DNA of 33,982 nt, from the NCBI GenBank assembly GCA_001687465.1, contig LVLI01000544.1:1-33982 (forward strand). The letters run 5' to 3'. The notes under the pieces were generated by a model, which had not been told where the DNA came from, searched no databases, and worked only from the letters and a program-made list of their open reading frames with translations. Made by a program: the position numbers and the translations under genes. Below, piece after piece: positions 30,525-33,982 of this stretch (the first letter of the stretch is position 1; each line of letters starts with the position of its first letter). Source of the stretch: Halocafeteria seosinensis (Eukaryota).

Positions 30525-31895
30525 CTTAGGACAATTGCTCTCTGACGTCCACACCGGTCCTATTCCGATTAATACTACAATACAACACTAACGGTGTCCA
30601 ATACGCCCGTGTACAGTAGCTGACTGAATCGAGTACCACTGGTCGGAGCTGATGGACGTGAGTCCCTGGCTTCACTATACTTTCCAATTGGCACTGTGAT
30701 TTGGCAGCGTTGGTGTTAATCTGGCAAAAGTGGGTCCACTACATACTGGTATACACTGTAGTTTGAGTCACTGTGTGGCGAAGTGTAAGACTGCCAAACC
30801 CAGCTCAAGTCGACGAGCCCTACCGGTACTGTACATTCCGATGAGTGGATTCAGTTTTCTCTCAGTAATGTAACTCTGTGTAACAACAGAAGTTTCAAAA
30901 TATTTCTTTGGCTTTTTCGGAAACTCGGGAGACCAGAGACTGGTTTAAATCGTAAAAGACTCCCGAGTCATTGAGAGAGTCGAGCTTGTCAAACAAGTAT
31001 ACAGAATAGGGCTAAGAGGGGCCGAAACAGATCCACTACAAGTTTGGTTTCATTTTCTGTATCCAAGGTGGTATTCATTAACCTGCCAAACGACGAGTGC
31101 CTTCTGCTTTTGAAATTGGATGAGAAGCGAAAAACTTTCCGGGGCTTAAACGGTAAGCCGTGAACCGCTCTGAGCGGTCCCCTGCTCCACGATACGCCTT
31201 TGCTCATTATTTTGAAGTGTTTAGGATTGCTATTTGCATTGCAGCAGTTGGTCTACACTCCCCTTAGTAGTCAGTGCCGGTTGCTCCGAGGAGTTCATAC
31301 CACGAGGGAGCCGCGTGGCAAATTGACAATCGCTTGTCGTTTCTGTTTGAATCGTGTTTGCCCTGGGCAATGAGCACGCAATTAGCTCGATAGGAGGGGA
31401 TTTCAAACCAAAGGTACGTCTAAGGAGCTAAATTACAGCACTGGCACGGCTCATTGGTATCCATATATGCCAAAGAGGACTCGTTGTGGCCCTTTTTTTT
31501 ATAACGATCGTCGGCAACGCTTGTGTCCCCGGGGTCCTAGGCTCTGTTGTGGCCCACAAGAGACTCATTTCGAATCTATAGCAAGTAAAAGGCACCCTAA
31601 ATTGGTATTATCGATGGAATACATGCCATCGGCAAGGCTTAAGTGGATGGAAATGAGAAACGTACTCTCCACGGAGTTGAAGTTGTCCGGAGGAGAGGAT
31701 AGAAATGCACCCGTATATCTCAGATATGAAGCCCAAAAATGTTGAGTATGACAAACTAATGTCGCTAATTCTTTGGTTTCGCCTACAGGCTTTGAAGAGC
31801 GCTTCGGCATTTGCACTTCGTCCGGGCAGGGAAGACGAGTTATCGAGCTGCAGCTTTACTCATGGACCACAAAGCGCTCCAATTAAGACGAAGAC

Positions 31896-33982
31896 ATGAA
31901 AACAAACAAGGACAGAAACTCCCGTCAAGGGTTTGCTTGGTCTGGCAACTCCTCAATCTTCCCGGTATTTCTGCTTCTCTTTAGCTTCCTCCTGGCACGT
32001 TCGGAGGCCAATGACCTTCGTTCGTGGATTATTGAGGGCAATGAGCAATGCATCACGTACACTGCGGCTACCAGTACCTTCGAAATGCACTGTATGGTCA
32101 TCTGGAAAACGAACTACAATAGAACGTCTCATGTGACACTGCAGCCCAATGAAGTGTTCGAGGGGCACGGAAATACAATTGACCTAAACGAAATACAAGA
32201 ATTCGATGGCCTCATCAAGGTGGATGAAAGTGTCGTTTCCATATCTCAGGCCGTGATGGTGCGAAATGTCCATATGGAAGGAGGCAGTACAAGCTTTGGT
32301 GGAGGTTTTATTATTCAATCAGGTCAATCCTACTTTCAAGTCGAAGACTGCAGCTCTTCAGGGAGTATAGAGGAAGAGGGAGGTGGTATTTGTGGTTCCC
32401 ACTGTGGAAACGACGGTTTTATTCAAATTTGGACGTCTTCTTCTCATGGGGCGCTGTTTGGCACTGGAGCTGGAGGGATTGCTGGCAAGCGAACAGGTGC
32501 AGGAACGCAAGGATCTGCCGATATCGATGGATGCTTTTCGACTGGACATGTTTTTGGTAACAGTGCTGGTGGAATTTGCGGAAGTGAGTCGGGAGCATCG
32601 GGCGGAATGGTGCATGTTATCAGGTCACACTCGTCGGGGGACATTATGGGAGGATTTGCTGGCGGAATTCTCGGAGAGTCGGCAGGATCCAGCGGAGGCG
32701 GTGCAAACGTTTCTGAGTGCTATTCCACGGGGCGTATCAATGGCGAGGCCAGCGGTGGTATTTTGGGAGCCCGTGCCGGAAGTTTCAGCGGAAGTGTGTA
32801 CGTTCGCGATGTTTATTCAACGGGAACCATTGATAGCTCCGCCACGGGGGGTATTTTTGGAGCACAAACAGCTGATGACGGGAGTGTTGTGTTGGAAAAT
32901 GCCTACGCCAGTGGCACTGTTTTAAATCCCCAATCTAGTGGAGGCATTGTTGGATCCATCGAGTCTGTTGTTCAGCTCCTCCGAATTGAGTACTGTGTAT
33001 ACAATGGANCGTCACCGGACCCAACCAATACAGAGCCTGTTAAAGTAGCTGGTACTGGTGAAGGGAGTATTACCCTGATCGAGGGTCTCTCAGACGATTT
33101 AGAGCTGATCCGTGGCCAGCTCTACCACTATAATGGTATTCAACGTTGGGCTGATAGCATCTGGATTCTTAACGGAACCTCTAACTTTCCAATCTTACGT
33201 TTCCAAATGTTTGACGATCCAAAAGACGGACTCCCAATCCGTGGTGGTGACATTCGTGAGTTCATCCTTGAAGGCCAAGAGCCGTGTATTCAGTACAGTG
33301 CTGCGTCCCTAACTTTTGAGATGACGTGTGATATTATCTGGTCACAACGTTACAACCAGAGCGCTTTCATTCTGTTGAAAGCCAGCGAAACATTTGAAGG
33401 ACGAGGGCACTCTATTGATATGGATAATATCTTTGGCTTCGATGGATTGATCGATGTGGGTGAAACCACGATCGTCAGTGTAGATCAAAGTATAAACATC
33501 CGTGATGTTCATCTGAAGGGAGGGAGTACCAGTTTTGGGGGAGGTTTCATTGTACGATCGAGCCAATCATTTTTCCGTGTTGAACGATGTAGCTCTTCAG
33601 GGAGTATAGAGGAAGAGGGAGGTGGTATTTGTGGTTCCCACTGTGGAAACGACGGTTTTATTCAAATTTGGACGTCTTCTTCTCATGGGGCGCTGTTTGG
33701 CACTGGAGCTGGAGGGATTGCTGGCAAGCGAACAGGTGCAGGAACGCAAGGATCTGCCGATATCGATGGATGCTTTTCGACTGGACATGTTTTTGGTAAC
33801 AGTGCTGGTGGAATTTGCGGAAGTGAGTCGGGAGCATCGGGCGGAATGGTGCATGTTGTCAGGTCACACTCGTCGGGGGACATTATGGGAGGATTTGCTG
33901 GCGGAATTCTCGGAGAGTCGGCAGGATCCAGCGGAGGCGGTGCAAACGTTTCTGAGTGCTATTCCACAGGGCATATCAATGG
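31896..33982 (+). CDS. Secreted/surface protein with tandem capped GLUG-like modules (paralog of 18282..21515); partial, runs off the window end
   Basis: Translated by hand (absent from the ORF track): MKTNKDRNSRQGFAWSGNSSIFPVFLLLFSFLLARSEA-NDLRSWIIEGNEQCITY..., then 7 CxSxGxIxGxxAGGIxG-type units, then GQLYHYNGIQRWADSIWILNGTSNFPILRFQ, then a second module DIREFILEGQEPCIQY. In-frame TAA upstream at 31884. The N at 33009 is at codon position 1 and keeps the frame. Confidence 0.88.
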   Translation, partial: MKTNKDRNSRQGFAWSGNSSIFPVFLLLFSFLLARSEANDLRSWIIEGNEQCITYTAATSTFEMHCMVIWKTNYNRTSHVTLQPNEVFEGHGNTIDLNEIQEFDGLIKVDESVVSISQAVMVRNVHMEGGSTSFGGGFIIQSGQSYFQVEDCSSSGSIEEEGGGICGSHCGNDGFIQIWTSSSHGALFGTGAGGIAGKRTGAGTQGSADIDGCFSTGHVFGNSAGGICGSESGASGGMVHVIRSHSSGDIMGGFAGGILGESAGSSGGGANVSECYSTGRINGEASGGILGARAGSFSGSVYVRDVYSTGTIDSSATGGIFGAQTADDGSVVLENAYASGTVLNPQSSGGIVGSIESVVQLLRIEYCVYNGXSPDPTNTEPVKVAGTGEGSITLIEGLSDDLELIRGQLYHYNGIQRWADSIWILNGTSNFPILRFQMFDDPKDGLPIRGGDIREFILEGQEPCIQYSAASLTFEMTCDIIWSQRYNQSAFILLKASETFEGRGHSIDMDNIFGFDGLIDVGETTIVSVDQSINIRDVHLKGGSTSFGGGFIVRSSQSFFRVERCSSSGSIEEEGGGICGSHCGNDGFIQIWTSSSHGALFGTGAGGIAGKRTGAGTQGSADIDGCFSTGHVFGNSAGGICGSESGASGGMVHVVRSHSSGDIMGGFAGGILGESAGSSGGGANVSECYSTGHIN
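32352..33982 (+). repeat. Near-identical direct repeat: 32352-32743 vs 33591-33982 (1239-nt spacing)
   Basis: 392 nt aligned by eye with 3 mismatches (atc/gtc, acg/aca, cgt/cat). Copy 2 is cut by the window end. Confidence 0.93.

Noticed and set aside
30923..30968. 9-bp inverted repeat (actcgggag/ctcccgagt) with a small inner hairpin
   Set aside because: It is short enough to arise by chance and has no tRNA, snoRNA or MITE hallmarks.
32383..32925. 180-aa plus-strand ORF and the duplicated minus-strand ORFs at 32358 and 33597
   Set aside because: These are alternative frames of the real GLUG-like gene starting at 31896.
32352..33982. Repeat pair as the template/variable repeats of a diversity-generating retroelement
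   Set aside because: Mismatches are not confined to adenines of one copy, both copies are in-frame coding, and no RT gene is present.

Overview
Eukaryotic (protist-like) genomic DNA in the standard genetic code, with short GT-AG introns of 62-79 nt where they can be resolved. Genes, in order: (1) a short LRR-only protein with a myristoylation motif (-); (2) a spliced single-TM helical protein, possibly mitochondrial (-); (3) a 3' fragment of an RLE-type non-LTR retrotransposon; (4) a longer paralog of the LRR-only protein (+); (5) a 9-exon, ~1701-aa TmcB/TmcC-like multipass protein lacking PAS and cyclase domains (+); (6) an intronless bacterial-type OafA/OatA acyltransferase-3+SGNH gene with a eukaryote-like N-terminal extension (-); (7) a decayed GPS-motif/mucin-stalk surface-protein pseudogene; (8) a type I surface protein with a capped GLUG-like beta-solenoid, LamG domain, S/T stalk and TM; (9) a ~1650-aa multipass receptor-like protein with SPSPLL repeats and Cys-rich repeats; (10) a TPR-only protein with ~12 repeats; (11) a second GLUG-like gene, missing from the ORF track and running off the window end, with tandem ~413-aa modules that show a sharp diverged/near-identical boundary. 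The window looks like a fast-evolving neighbourhood of repeat-based surface/recognition genes. No rRNA, tRNA or CRISPR array was seen. All family calls come from reading motifs by eye; no database search was run.
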